Shown piece by piece: positions 8,195 to 16,223 of a DNA stretch of 36,054 nucleotides; the stretch's first letter is position 1; each line of letters opens with the position of its first letter. The notes below the pieces were generated by a model that ran no database searches, was not told the origin of the DNA, and saw only the letters and a program-made list of their open reading frames with translations. A program made the translations under genes and the position numbers. The stretch comes from Candidatus Krumholzibacteriia bacterium (GTDB taxonomy: Bacteria; Krumholzibacteriota; Krumholzibacteriia; LZORAL124-64-63), in the NCBI GenBank assembly GCA_036351155.1, contig JAZBOO010000025.1, forward strand, positions 1 through 36,054. Direction: 5' to 3'.

Positions 8195-9601
8195 TCAGGG
8201 TTCGGGGATGGGGCTCGGAAGGGCCTCATCCAGATCCTCATCGTCAATGACCGCTCGCTTCCAGGTCCCTTTCAGGAACCAGATGAAGGCCACCACCGCA
8301 GCCGCCACGTTGCTCAGGTTCATGGCCCACCACAACCCCACCGTGCCGATGGACAGCACCTGCGTCAGCAGCCAGGTGGCCGGAATGCGCACCACCCACA
8401 GTCGACCCACATTGACCACCATGATCGGGACGGTGTGACCCGACCCCGAAAACGCGCTGAACATCACCCAGATCAGACTGAACACGAAGACCGAAAACGA
8501 GGTGATCCGGAACAGGTCCCGTCCGTGGGCAATGACCTCGGGGTCGGCGATGAACCAGTGGGTGATGTCGCCTCCGAAGAAGAAGGTCAGGGTGGTCAGC
8601 GGCAACAGGAAGGCCGTGACCAGGATGGCCGATCGCCTGACAGCCTGGGCTGCGCGTTCAGGCTGGCCGGCGCCCAGATTCTGACCCACGGCGGTGGCAT
8701 TGGCCTGACCCAGGGCCATGGAAGGGACTGAAACCATCATGATCACCCGGTGTCCGACACCGAAAGCCGCCACCACGGCCGAGCCGAAAGAATTGACCAT
8801 ACCCAGCAACAAGGTGAAACCCAGGCTGGTGGCCGCCTGCCCGGCCGACAGGGGCAGGGCCACCTTGATCAGACGGTTCATCATGCGCCGGTTCCATTTC
8901 AATTCGGTGCGATGCACGCGCAGGCCGGGCCCGCCGAAGATGGCCCGGGTGGCCAGCACCGCGGCCAACCCTCGCGAGATCACCGTGGCCGCCGCCGCAC
9001 CTCCCACGCCCATGGCCGGCAACGGCCCCCAGCCGAAGATCAACAGGGGATCGAGCAAGAGATTCACCAGCACGCTGATGATGATGATGCGCATGGGGCC
9101 CCGGGTGTCGCCCAGCCCGTTGTAGATGCCCTGGTAAACCTGGACGATGAACAGGAGCGGCAGGCCCGCCATGATCCAGCGCAGGTAGGTGAGCGAGCCG
9201 GCAAAGGCGTCAGCCGGGGTGTGCAACAGGCGCAGTAGGGGTTGGGCCAGCATCAAGCAGACACCGGCAATGATGGTGCCGGCGATCAGGTGCACCAGAA
9301 CGGACTGGCCCGCGGCCAGGCCCATGCGCTCGGGGCGACCGGCCCCCTTGTACTGGCTGATCAACGAGGTGCAGGCCTGGCCCAGGCCCATGGCCACGGC
9401 AATGCCGAAGAACTCCAGATGCATGGTGATGGTGGGCGCCACCAGGGCTTCCTTGCCCAGCTTGCCCAGCCAGAAGGCATCGACCAGATTGTACAGCGTC
9501 TGCATCAACCACGAGACAGACACCGGCCAGGCCACCACCAGCAGGTGGCGGGTCAAGGGGCCGGTGGTCATGTCGCGACCGTGGTCGAGGATTTTGCTCA
9601 A
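8195..9601 (-). CDS. MATE family efflux transporter
   Basis: QTLYNLVDAFWLGKLG, GLGDTRGPM, NLLLDPLLIFG and VGQNLGAG; probable TTG start at 9601 after AAGGA (alternative ATG 9571). Confidence 0.93.
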   Translation of the reverse strand: MSKILDHGRDMTTGPLTRHLLVVAWPVSVSWLMQTLYNLVDAFWLGKLGKEALVAPTITMHLEFFGIAVAMGLGQACTSLISQYKGAGRPERMGLAAGQSVLVHLIAGTIIAGVCLMLAQPLLRLLHTPADAFAGSLTYLRWIMAGLPLLFIVQVYQGIYNGLGDTRGPMRIIIISVLVNLLLDPLLIFGWGPLPAMGVGGAAAATVISRGLAAVLATRAIFGGPGLRVHRTELKWNRRMMNRLIKVALPLSAGQAATSLGFTLLLGMVNSFGSAVVAAFGVGHRVIMMVSVPSMALGQANATAVGQNLGAGQPERAAQAVRRSAILVTAFLLPLTTLTFFFGGDITHWFIADPEVIAHGRDLFRITSFSVFVFSLIWVMFSAFSGSGHTVPIMVVNVGRLWVVRIPATWLLTQVLSIGTVGLWWAMNLSNVAAAVVAFIWFLKGTWKRAVIDDEDLDEALPSPIPEP

Positions 9602-9717
9602 GAAGCTGTGTCCTTGGTGAAGCAGAAACGGTAGTATGCTGATCAACCCGTCAAACCTAAGAGATGTCTCGCCAAGTCCCAAGAAAAGTCCGCCATTCTT
9701 CCTTTCTGGAGGGTGCC

Positions 9718-10830
9718 ATGCGTCTGGCCTGGGTTGCTGTTCTTGCTGTTCTTCTGTCCGGTCCGGTTTGCCTGGCCGGGTTGTCACTGGAGGAGGCCCT
9801 GCAGGCCGAATTGACCGACTTCCTGGCCGAGAATCCCATGGCACCAGGCGTATCTGCAGCCGTGGTGTGTCCCGGGCTGGGGCTGAACTGGGAAGGGGCC
9901 GCGGGGACCGTGGCCCTGGGCGAGTCCGAACCCCTGACGCCCCGGCACACATTCCGCATTGCCAGCAACACCAAGACCTACGTGGCGGCGGCCATCTTGC
10001 GCCTGGTGGAGCGGGGGCAGCTGGACCTGGATGGGCTTTTGAAGAACTATCTGGATCCGGATCTGGCCCGCAGTCTTCAAGGCGATGGGTATGATCTGGA
10101 CGTGATCACCTTGACCCACGTCCTGAGCCATACCTCGGGCCTCAATGACCACACCGGGGATCCGCGTTTTCTGGACCGGCTGATGAACGACACCCAGCAC
10201 CGCTGGACCAGCCGGGAGCAGCTGGAGGCCCTGGTCGCGTGGACCGATCCTCTTTGCGCTCCCGGAGAGGCCTTTCACTATTCGGACTCGGGATATGTCA
10301 TCCTGGGCACCATTCTGGAGCGGCAAACCGGGAAAAACCTGGGTGCGGCGGTGCGTGATCTGGTGGGGTTCAAGGATCTGGGGCTCGAGCAGACCTACTG
10401 GGAAATCCTGGAAAATCCTCCGGAAAGAGCCGCTCCCCGCGCGCACCAGTATTACGGCGCACAGGATGTCACCGACTGGGACGCCAGTTTCGATCTTTAC
10501 GGGGGCGGTGGCTTGGTCGCCAACCCTGCGGAAATGACCCGGTTCATGCGCCTGCTGCTCAAGGGTCACGTTCTGGCTCCCGAGACCATGGTCGAGATGA
10601 CCGGACAGGGCACGGGCACCTATCGGCTGGGGCTGTCCGTCCAGGAGTCCGGGGGGCACCTGGTCTGGGGGCACACCGGTTTCTGGAACACTTTTGCCTA
10701 TCATGTTCCCACCCTGGATTTGAGCCTGGGGGGTGGCATTCTGAACCACGAGGCCGCCTACTGTCAGGAACTGGCGGGCCGTATGATCGGCGTGGTTTCC
10801 CGGGCGGTCAGCCAAAAGGAAGAACGATGA
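9718..10830 (+). CDS. Serine hydrolase, beta-lactamase/AmpC-like family, exported
   Basis: FRIASNTK (SxxK), LSHTSG, FHYSD, GHTG; signal peptide; GGAGG RBS. Confidence 0.9.
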   Translation: MRLAWVAVLAVLLSGPVCLAGLSLEEALQAELTDFLAENPMAPGVSAAVVCPGLGLNWEGAAGTVALGESEPLTPRHTFRIASNTKTYVAAAILRLVERGQLDLDGLLKNYLDPDLARSLQGDGYDLDVITLTHVLSHTSGLNDHTGDPRFLDRLMNDTQHRWTSREQLEALVAWTDPLCAPGEAFHYSDSGYVILGTILERQTGKNLGAAVRDLVGFKDLGLEQTYWEILENPPERAAPRAHQYYGAQDVTDWDASFDLYGGGGLVANPAEMTRFMRLLLKGHVLAPETMVEMTGQGTGTYRLGLSVQESGGHLVWGHTGFWNTFAYHVPTLDLSLGGGILNHEAAYCQELAGRMIGVVSRAVSQKEER

Positions 10831-11348
10831 CTGACAGGCCAGCATTTGATCCGGGAGCTTTTCTGGTCTGTGACGAGGGGAAGCGCGCTCCGAAGCCGCG
10901 ACCTCTGAGTACCCCGGAGGGCCTGGGCGACCGGTTGCGCACTGCCGCCTTTGCCGAGTGGCAGGCCATCGCGGCCTTTGGCTGGGCGGCCGAGCGATTC
11001 ACCGATGCCCCCGCCGCCTTGCGCGCCGACTGGAAGCGCCTGGTCAAGGACGAGGTGAAGCACTACAACCTGATCCGGCAGCGCATGGCCGATCTGGAGG
11101 TGAGCCCACAGGAGCGGCCGGTTTCGTTGTTCCTCTGGGAGTCGCTGGTCGGCTGCAACTCGGGTGAAGAGTTCTGCCTGCGCATTGCCGCGGCCGAGGA
11201 GCGAGGCCGCCAGGCGGCGGTGAAGCTGGTGGCGTTCCTGGGGGCCCGGGATCCGGATACCGCGGCGGTGTTCGAGGAGATTGCCCGGGACGAGGTGGAG
11301 CACGTGGCGCTGGCGGCCACCTACTACGGGTGGACTCCTTCCGTTTGA
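10827..11348 (+). CDS. Ferritin-like di-iron protein (DUF455-like)
   Basis: AEWQA, DEVKH, EERG and DEVEHV carboxylate/His pattern; ATGA overlap with upstream gene. Confidence 0.75.
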   Translation: MTDRPAFDPGAFLVCDEGKRAPKPRPLSTPEGLGDRLRTAAFAEWQAIAAFGWAAERFTDAPAALRADWKRLVKDEVKHYNLIRQRMADLEVSPQERPVSLFLWESLVGCNSGEEFCLRIAAAEERGRQAAVKLVAFLGARDPDTAAVFEEIARDEVEHVALAATYYGWTPSV

Positions 11349-11375
11349 TCTGGACCTGGCCCATCTTGATTTTGG

Positions 11376-11402
11376 TTAACCTTTACCAGGCCCTGCCGAT
11401 AA
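11376..11402 (+). promoter_or_regulatory. Sigma28 (FliA/SigD)-type promoter of GAF gene
   Basis: TTAA-N15-GCCGATAA. Confidence 0.6.
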
Positions 11403-11448
11403 CCTGGGTGAAAGATCACCCTCGGCACCCCTGGAACAAGGTGTGAAC

Positions 11449-12333
11449 ATGTCCGTTTCGGAGAACGTCCCTCTGCAGGAAATGCGGGCCCCTGAGGCCA
11501 GACAAAACCACCATCTGGAACTGCAGTCCATGCGGAACTGGTATCTGCTCAGCACGGTCTGTGCCATCAGCACGGTGAGTCTGGTGGTGGCGCTTTCGGG
11601 GACCATCCAGCACAGCATTGCCGGGTTCTTTCCGTGGGCCAGCACCGGCCAGGTCCTGATGGTGGGCCTGGTGGGCATGATCTTCATCCTCATTCTGCAC
11701 CTGACCTACCAGCAACTGCGCGTGCGGCGCATGCGCCTCGAGTTTCGTCAGATGGAAGAGCAGTCCCACGAGCGTGAGCGGAAGAGTTCCTCGCGTCTCT
11801 ACGCCCTGATGAACGTCACCCGCATGATGGGGGCGTTTTCCGATCCCGATACGCTGTTTACCGGCATCATCGGCACCTGTCTGGAAATTTTCGACTGCCA
11901 GCAGGTTTCCCTGATGCTGCTGAACCCGGACACCCAGCTGCTGGAAACCAAGGCGGCCTGCGGGCACGACAACCTCCAGGCCGTTCTGCAGGTGCAACAG
12001 CCGGTGGGCAAGGGTGTGGCCGGCCATGTGGCCGAGACCATGGTGCCTTTGATTCTGGGCGGCAAGCCGGGTGAGGGCAGCTACCGGGGGCTGGATTTGA
12101 AGGCCAAGAAGCTGACCGCGGCCATGGTGGCCCCCATCGTGGTGCGGGACGAGCTGGTGGGTGTGCTGAACATCGCCACCCGGACCGAGGGCATCGAGTA
12201 CACTCCGTTCGATCTGGAAGCGCTGCTGGTCTTTGCCGAGAACGTGGGCACCTGCATTCGTCAGGCCGAACGCTCCGAGTGGATGCGCCAGACCATCGAA
12301 CGGCAACAAAAGCAGCTGCATCCCGGCAATTGA
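11449..12333 (+). CDS. Membrane protein with two TM helices and a GAF domain
   Basis: VSLMLLN, GKGVAGHVAET, MVAPIVVRDELVGVLN and DLEALLVFA; no output domain; alternative start GTG 11443. Confidence 0.85.
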   Translation: MSVSENVPLQEMRAPEARQNHHLELQSMRNWYLLSTVCAISTVSLVVALSGTIQHSIAGFFPWASTGQVLMVGLVGMIFILILHLTYQQLRVRRMRLEFRQMEEQSHERERKSSSRLYALMNVTRMMGAFSDPDTLFTGIIGTCLEIFDCQQVSLMLLNPDTQLLETKAACGHDNLQAVLQVQQPVGKGVAGHVAETMVPLILGGKPGEGSYRGLDLKAKKLTAAMVAPIVVRDELVGVLNIATRTEGIEYTPFDLEALLVFAENVGTCIRQAERSEWMRQTIERQQKQLHPGN

Positions 12334-12342
12334 TGATCCCAC

Positions 12343-13560
12343 CTACAGGCTGACGATCACTTCCCACCGCAGGAAATGGGCCGTCTCGGGCTTGGCGTGA
12401 GCCCGGTCAGGGTATTCTCCCGGCTCGAACATTTCCCAGACCAGATGGCCTTTGACGTTCCGGTGCAGGTCGACGTCGAGCCTCGATTGCCACAACCAGC
12501 CGCGAGAATCCCAGCCGGGGCCTGGAGCCATCAGGTAGTACAGTCGGGCCTTGCCCTTGATGGTCTCGGAGAAGCGATGGGTGGCGCCCAGGAAGGGCCC
12601 ACTGATGTCTTCCCAGGCGGCCACGTGCACTTCCCGGTTTGGGGAGCCTTCGCCGATCAAGCTGTAAATGTACAGCTCGCTCCACAGGGGCCAGCGGCCC
12701 CAGGGAGTGCGGAAACCGTTTCCGTAGTGGAGGGCGCCCAGGTGGCCCCGGGTCGAATGGCCCAGGGGAAATTCGACTCGTGTGTGCAAGGCCACATCCA
12801 GGTCCCAGCTCCCCGAATAGCGGTAGCGCTTCATCTGACCGGCCAGCTCGCCCACCCACCAGGTCGCGTCCTTCGAGCCGGCGGTCTTGCGCACGGCCAG
12901 AGTGTAATGGTCGGGCAGGTTGCGGCCGGTGTCGGGATCGTGTTCCCGCTTGAAGATGAACTTGGTCACGAGCCAGGGGGCTTCCACGCGCAGAGCCACG
13001 CCGGTTTCATCGGCATCGCGCAGGGCGCGGTCCATGTCGCCGGCCAGCACCATCTGGTCGCGCTTGAGATTACGGATATAGGCCAGGTCCACACCCAGCG
13101 TGCCCACCTTGCCCTGCACCCGCGCCGCATCGTGGAAAATGCTGCGGCTGCCGTCCAGGGGCTTGCCTTCCAGCATCAGGAAACCTTCGTCCCAGATGAT
13201 GTTCTGGCGGCCCAGCGTCACCCTGGCGTCCCCGTTTTTCCACTGCCAGAACAGCTGGTCGATGATCAGCTCGTCCCAGTCGAAATCCACGCCGTCGGGA
13301 TGCAGCTGGCGCCGGTGCTCGTTGGCCAGCAGCAGCTTGAACAGGTGGGTGTCCGTCGCCAGGGACACACCCGCACGGGTCCGGAAGCGCAGCTGGTTGC
13401 GGTCGGGGTCGGGGGCGAAGTACAGGACACCCTGGAGGTTCTCCTGGCGCACCCGCAGATCGAGATGGGGGGTCACGGTGGTTTCCGCCCGGGGCGCCGA
13501 GGGAAAGGCCAGGCAGCTCAGGGTCAGGACGGTCAGCAAGGTCGATCCGAAACGCATCAT
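12343..13560 (-). CDS. Outer membrane beta-barrel protein (alginate export family-like)
   Basis: Signal peptide; LRVRQE, RFRTR, LGRQNI and DGSRS..D motifs; amphipathic C-terminal strand; AAAGGA upstream of ATG 13560. Confidence 0.65.
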   Translation of the reverse strand: MMRFGSTLLTVLTLSCLAFPSAPRAETTVTPHLDLRVRQENLQGVLYFAPDPDRNQLRFRTRAGVSLATDTHLFKLLLANEHRRQLHPDGVDFDWDELIIDQLFWQWKNGDARVTLGRQNIIWDEGFLMLEGKPLDGSRSIFHDAARVQGKVGTLGVDLAYIRNLKRDQMVLAGDMDRALRDADETGVALRVEAPWLVTKFIFKREHDPDTGRNLPDHYTLAVRKTAGSKDATWWVGELAGQMKRYRYSGSWDLDVALHTRVEFPLGHSTRGHLGALHYGNGFRTPWGRWPLWSELYIYSLIGEGSPNREVHVAAWEDISGPFLGATHRFSETIKGKARLYYLMAPGPGWDSRGWLWQSRLDVDLHRNVKGHLVWEMFEPGEYPDRAHAKPETAHFLRWEVIVSL

Positions 13561-13634
13561 GGGCATCCTTTCGTGGATGCCCATGATGGCAGGTGACTAT
13601 TGAAAACTCAAGGTCGGCAGGACCTTGTTTCCGG

Positions 13635-16067
13635 TTATTTGGTCAGCAGCATACGGCCCGAATGATTGCCCTCCGGGGTCACCAGCTGGTACAGGTACAC
13701 GCCGCTCGCTGCGGTGCGGCCCGAAGCGTCCCGGCCGTCCCAGGGCACCTCGTTGCGCCCGGCCAGCGCGGTCTCGTTCAGCAGGGTGCGGACCAGGTTG
13801 CCACGCACATCGTACACGTTCAGCTTGACCTGCATGTCGCGCGGAAGATCGAAGGCAATCCGCGTGGTCGGGTTGAACGGGTTGGGGAAGTTGCCCCGCA
13901 AGGCGACGGTGGTCGGCAGCACCGGGTTGGGCAAGGGATCCGGCTCGGGAGAAACTTCTCCGCCACCGGAGGAAACCACGGCCACCTCGGCCAGGTAAGG
14001 CACCATGTTGAACCCCGACACGGTCAAGGTCACCGTGCTGCGGTCCTGAATCGGCGAGGTGAAAGACACGGTGGCGCGGCCTGAATCATTCAGCACACCC
14101 ACACCGTGCAGCACACCGGGGGAGGTCAAGGTGACCAGCGCACCTTCCGGACCGGTCAAATCCGCGGACCAGGAGCCTGACGCCGGGTCCAGCTCGGCCA
14201 GGGTGCCGGCACTGAAGGTTCCGGGGGCCGCCGTGCGCACCACCAGCGAACAGTCGCCGAAAATGACGTTCTGCTCCATGACCTGCTGACCCACACTGAG
14301 CCCGCCGTAGGTGTCCAGCACCTTCATCAGGCCCGAGTAGTACAGGGAGCCGATGGAGTGGGCGGTGTCAGCCACCAGCAAGTCGATCGCTTCGGCCTGC
14401 ATCACGGTGGGGGGTATCCAGGGTGCGTCGCTGGAGGCGGCGATCATGGCGATGGCCCCGGTGGGGGCCTCGGGTGTGCCGGCTCGCAGCCAGGTCTCGG
14501 CAAAGCAGGTTCCCAGGGCGAAATCGCCGTTGGAGCAGCTGACATCGATGATCCAGGGCCAGTGGTGGGAATTGTTCAGCATGCGCACATCGCTGTCCGA
14601 AAAGTACACACTGGTCCAGCCGTATCCCGAGCCGTGGCCCAGGTAATTGATCACGCTGCAGCCTTTTTCCACGGTTTCGCGAATCAGGGACGAGGTGCCC
14701 CCCAGGCCCTGATAAATCTGTTCCACCGGAGAAAATCCGTACTGCAAAAGGTCCAGGCGCAGGTCATCGGCCCGCTTGTAGTCGGGCACGGTGCCCTCGT
14801 CACTGGCAATGCCCGCACCCCTGGCGTACCAGGCGGCCTCGTCCCCGGTCTGGGGCTCTTTCTCGTAGGCAATGAAGCGGTTGATCTGGGTCTGGACCTC
14901 GGTCACGTTGGTGGCGGAAATCCGGGAGACGAACAGGTCGGGATACACATCCGAACCGGCGGTCATGCCGTAGCGGCTGTCGGAATCGGAGCCATCGAAC
15001 AGCCCGGTCCGGGTGGGCACCTGTTCCTTGTCGCCCACCAGGATGACCCAGGTCAGGCTTTCCGGTTCCTCGTACATGGTCTTGATTCCGGCGGCGATCC
15101 CCGCATCGGTGCCGCCCAGTTCATCGACCGAGGCGAGAGTGACATTGATGCCCAGCTGCATCTTCCACTGAACGAACGGAGCCATGGCATCGAGAAAGCG
15201 GGAGTCGCTGACAATGAGCATGCGGCCCTGAACGGGCAGTCGCGTGTACTTGTCTGTCAGCTGGGGGGCTGTGTAGTTGGCGAAGAGATTCTCGTGCACC
15301 CGGGCAAACCCCGCCGGAGCCCCCGCATCGATGGCGGCGATGTCCGGCAGCTTATCGAAGCCGCCCTCGGTGATCACGTGCACCTCGACATACTCGACGG
15401 CCATCAGGACACCCTTGTCCGCGTCCCAACGCAGAGGCTGGACACGCACGTTGACGCCCGTGTAACCACGGATGTTGAAGGGTGCCGAAAGCTCGGCCGT
15501 CAGCTTGGGCCATTGTCCGCCGCGGCGATAGAAATCGGAAAAATCGGGAACCACGTTGGCGGGATTCACCTGACGGGAAAGGTGGCCGTTGGAGGGCTCG
15601 ACCATGTCCATCTTGAGTTCCCGCTCCACGATCCGGGCGATCTTCAGGCGAGAAGTTCCACCTTCGGGCACCACCAGGGTGGTGGTCAGGAAGGGCACCT
15701 CGGGCATTCCCGCTTCCTGGATCTTGAGCAGACCGGGCACGTCGATGCGCGAACAGGGTTTGCCGTCAATGACGACCACCTTGCGGAAGAAGCCCGGCAG
15801 CTTGAGGGCCAGGGCCTGGAAGTCCGGCGTTTTTTCCAGGATTTCGATGCCGGCCTCGTCGTCCTGTCCCCCACCCAGGCTGATCCAGCCTTCCGGGAAG
15901 GAACTGTTGGTCTCCACGGTCTGGGAAGAATGATCCACCGGGCCCAGGGCTCCGACCATCTGGCCCTGGCGGGGGGTGCCTTCCTGGTTGGTATCCAGGA
16001 GGATCAGACCGCCGCCGATCCCGAGAATCAAGCCGGCCACGGGGATTATTGTCTTCAGGTTTTTCAC
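13635..16067 (-). CDS. C25 family cysteine peptidase (Arg-gingipain RgpB-like) with propeptide and FlgD-Ig/T9SS-like CTD
   Basis: ILVGD, SDSRYG, IASDEG, NYLGHG (His) and DVSCSNGDF (Cys), IFGD; CTD NFPNPFNP...WDGRD...SGVY...LTK; start GTG 16067 or TTG 16073 after AGGAG (ORF extends to 16109). Confidence 0.93.
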   Translation of the reverse strand: MKNLKTIIPVAGLILGIGGGLILLDTNQEGTPRQGQMVGALGPVDHSSQTVETNSSFPEGWISLGGGQDDEAGIEILEKTPDFQALALKLPGFFRKVVVIDGKPCSRIDVPGLLKIQEAGMPEVPFLTTTLVVPEGGTSRLKIARIVERELKMDMVEPSNGHLSRQVNPANVVPDFSDFYRRGGQWPKLTAELSAPFNIRGYTGVNVRVQPLRWDADKGVLMAVEYVEVHVITEGGFDKLPDIAAIDAGAPAGFARVHENLFANYTAPQLTDKYTRLPVQGRMLIVSDSRFLDAMAPFVQWKMQLGINVTLASVDELGGTDAGIAAGIKTMYEEPESLTWVILVGDKEQVPTRTGLFDGSDSDSRYGMTAGSDVYPDLFVSRISATNVTEVQTQINRFIAYEKEPQTGDEAAWYARGAGIASDEGTVPDYKRADDLRLDLLQYGFSPVEQIYQGLGGTSSLIRETVEKGCSVINYLGHGSGYGWTSVYFSDSDVRMLNNSHHWPWIIDVSCSNGDFALGTCFAETWLRAGTPEAPTGAIAMIAASSDAPWIPPTVMQAEAIDLLVADTAHSIGSLYYSGLMKVLDTYGGLSVGQQVMEQNVIFGDCSLVVRTAAPGTFSAGTLAELDPASGSWSADLTGPEGALVTLTSPGVLHGVGVLNDSGRATVSFTSPIQDRSTVTLTVSGFNMVPYLAEVAVVSSGGGEVSPEPDPLPNPVLPTTVALRGNFPNPFNPTTRIAFDLPRDMQVKLNVYDVRGNLVRTLLNETALAGRNEVPWDGRDASGRTAASGVYLYQLVTPEGNHSGRMLLTK

Positions 16068-16122
16068 CGGCAAACGGCTCCTGTTGAGGGCGTGAAGCAG
16101 GGTATTCAAGCTGTCTTCTTTG

Positions 16123-16149
16123 TTATCGGCCGGGATTTATAAATATTGA
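16123..16149 (-). promoter_or_regulatory. Sigma28-type promoter of C25 peptidase
   Basis: Minus strand TCAA-N15-GCCGATAA. Confidence 0.65.
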
Positions 16150-16223
16150 TCTCCAATTGTGGGCTAAAAAGCGCTATAATTGATATTTACTGAGTTTCCA
16201 CGTTCACCAGGAGAGTCCCATCC

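Noticed and set aside
9602..9952. Long N-terminal extension of the MATE ORF
   Set aside because: Overlaps the divergent serine hydrolase; MATE homology begins near 9600
9718..10830. Beta-lactamase resistance gene linked to the BlaI/BlaR1 pair
   Set aside because: Generic serine hydrolase family member 19 kb away, with no operator-like sequence seen upstream
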